In this document: in pieces, positions 61,769 to 64,000 of the stretch
Layout: every line of letters starts with the position of its first letter
Numbering within the stretch: the first letter of the stretch is position 1
Origin: Lytechinus pictus
Lineage: Eukaryota
Assembly: GCF_037042905.1 (NCBI RefSeq)
Contig: NC_087251.1
Location: forward strand, 48,548,001 to 48,612,000
DNA length: 64,000 nucleotides
Reading direction: 5' to 3'
Notes under the pieces: model-generated
The model's input: only the letters and a program-made list of their open reading frames with translations
Told to the model about the DNA's origin: nothing
Databases searched by the model: none
Position numbers and translations under genes: made by a program

Positions 61769-63085
61769 ACAAAGCTTTAAAAAGTACACAATTCTTTCAT
61801 ACTGTGCATATCTTTCATAGAATTTAATTCCATGTCTTTCATTGTATAAACAACAAAATTTTATAAAACATTATTTTCATGTTGGCATATGAGACATAAA
61901 CAAAACCTTGTACATGAGCAGAAAATACATTGTGGAAGACTGTTGACATATGTGAAAGGCACCTTGCAATGTGTGATAGTATTTGAGTACAATCACAAAT
62001 ATGTGTTGTCTTGGCAGCAATTGCTCCATGCTCAAAATTCTTACAAATTAAATAAAATGTATGACATATCACAGGTGGGCTGTTAAAGCCTTAGAGAATT
62101 GGGGGACGGCTTATGGCAAAGATGGTGACCCCATATTGTCTGGGAACAGTTTCCAAAGGCTTGTCAGGAAATCTCTCAAGGTAAAAGAATGTCATTACTC
62201 TGAGTTGTACTAAAAAAATGTTTGCATTTTGAAATACAAGGTTTTAACAGTGCACTGACATTACAACTAATAGATGGGCAAAATAAAATTCCTCACCTAA
62301 AATGAACTAATATGTATCCTAATCTAATTGTTCCTTGATGAGATTTGTGCAATAGTAAAAAAAAAAGGAAAAAAGACATAAATATACATCCATTCATGAT
62401 TGCACCTCGGTTATATTATTACAAAGGTTAAGCAACAAAAAAGTACATGTACCTAGCCCTAATTGTACCAAGGTAAAACATTGTCAAATAATCAGATATG
62501 TGTTGCCATAACATTATGCTAGATAAACAAAAGCAGCTCCTAAGTTGGTATACATACATAACTTTTCTTTAGAGTTGTAGTACAACTTGGTAGTAGAAAC
62601 TAGAATGGAAACCAGTTGTGATGAGTACAAACAAAAATAAAGAGGACATGTATATCATGTCCACCAAAGTTTGCTGACAGCAACAGTATCACAGGTCTAT
62701 CTGAAACTGTAAAGTATCTCATTGATTCTATGATGAATCATCTTTTAATTCCATGGAATTTTTCAAATACATGTACATTGTAGAAACAATGGTTGAAAAT
62801 GTTGGCATAAAATAACATTTTCAATGTGATGAAAGTAAAATTCATTTATATTTCATAATAAAAACATTTGAATGCACAGAAATCTACTAATGTTTATTAT
62901 TATTATGTCACATCAAAACTATTTTAAAATTAATCAAAAGTTGATGAAATATACGCTGTTGAATAATTGGGGATGGGGTAGGTGTTTCACAAAGATTTAT
63001 ATTTTCATCTGTGTGTGAGGCATCACTGCATTGGTCAATCATGCTAAGAGGATGTATGCTATTGCAGCATGAATCAATAAGATTG

Positions 63086-64000
63086 CAGGGGGGGGGGGGA
63101 TTTCACAAAGATTTAAGAATGACTTAAGTCGTACTTTATCAATGTTGACGCATACATGATATGCAACGCGCAATCTCATTGATAGATACGCAGTAGTGCG
63201 CGTCATCATGACACGATCTGACCAATGCAGTCAAGCCTTTCAAACCTTACGCACCTCGGTATTTAAGAGTGACTCTAAGGCCCGTATTCTGAAGTCGGGT
63301 TTAACTTAAACTCAGGTTTAAAGTTGTGGTTTAAGTATGGGAAGCCAAAAGTATCAAATTTTTTTATCAAGTTGTACGTTTCTTATGTTTACTCTGCTCT
63401 TTCCTGATTCATCGATGGTGAAGACAATCATCTATTTATACTTCCTAGATAATTATGAATGAATTAAGTGCCAAATGAGCTGAAATATGATATCTCTACT
63501 GTTAGTGATTTATGTAACAATTGGCCATCCATACTTAAACCACAACTTTAAACCTGAGTTTAAGGACATTCCACAGTTAAAGTGAAATCCATGTCATTTT
63601 CACCAAACTTTGCCCATAGATACTTTAGAACCTTAATATTCGAAATATGCAAAAATTAACATAGGTCCATGTGCTTGATTTTTTGCTATAGAGCTTCAAA
63701 GTTCACCCAAATTGATGTTCTTAAGAATTGCGCATTCAAAAGAATTTGGCATTTTTAGACCGCCCAAGATTACTACAATGAGTTTAAACCTGTATTACTC
63801 AGTCAAAATACATGAAAAAGTCATCAAATTTCGCAAGAGAGTTAATAATTGTATCGTTAGAATGGAGAATATATTAATAGTGCTAATTGTTTGAAATTTT
63901 AAGTTTAACAGCACTGTCAGTTCTTAAAAATGGCGTAAAAGATAACAAAATCCCAATAAAAAAAATGTAAAATTTCAGTAACAAACTACAAACGTACAAT
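63086..64000. mobile_element. Serially nested MITE cluster running off the window end
   Basis: The element at 63086 is cut at 63279 by GGCCCGTATTCTGAAG... (inverted arm ending about 63563), which is itself cut by a new terminus ggacattccac. Confidence 0.55.

Noticed and set aside
62075..62180. Possible + strand exon WAVKALENWGTAYGKDGDPILSGNSFQRLVRKSLK as an extra TRPM C-terminal exon
   Set aside because: Weak polypyrimidine tract, phase-2 start incompatible with the phase-0 donor at 55527, and no NUDT9H or kinase motif recognised.

Overview
This is AT-rich, repeat-dense eukaryotic (invertebrate) genomic DNA. The repeat landscape looks sea-urchin-like, but that is an inference only. The main feature is one + strand, multi-exon TRPM-family cation channel gene, reconstructed by hand. 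It has 24 coding exons from ATG 25439 to TAA 56566, all with GT-AG introns and consistent phases, giving about 1296 aa. It encodes MHR1-4, pre-S1, S1-S6, a YGELF pore, a WKFQR TRP box and a coiled coil. The channel is atypical in several ways: a novel Cys-rich N-terminus, a degenerate and insertion-bearing MHR1/2 ligand cleft, loss of two S2-S3 Ca2+ ligands, and no NUDT9H or kinase domain. Instead it ends in an acidic tail that is tandemly duplicated just past the stop codon. The rest of the window holds a 3.1-kb purine-rich 43-bp satellite (the source of the three spurious 846-1098 aa ORFs), a 5'-truncated L2/CR1-group LINE, and an L1/Tx1 relic carrying two nested hAT-type MITEs. There are also tRNA-derived SINE-like elements, many non-autonomous DNA transposons (Kolobok-, piggyBac-, hAT-, Sola2-, Tc1/pogo- and PIF-like), fold-back arrays and microsatellites. 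No rRNA, bona fide tRNA or CRISPR array was found. All family assignments are motif-based; no searches were run.
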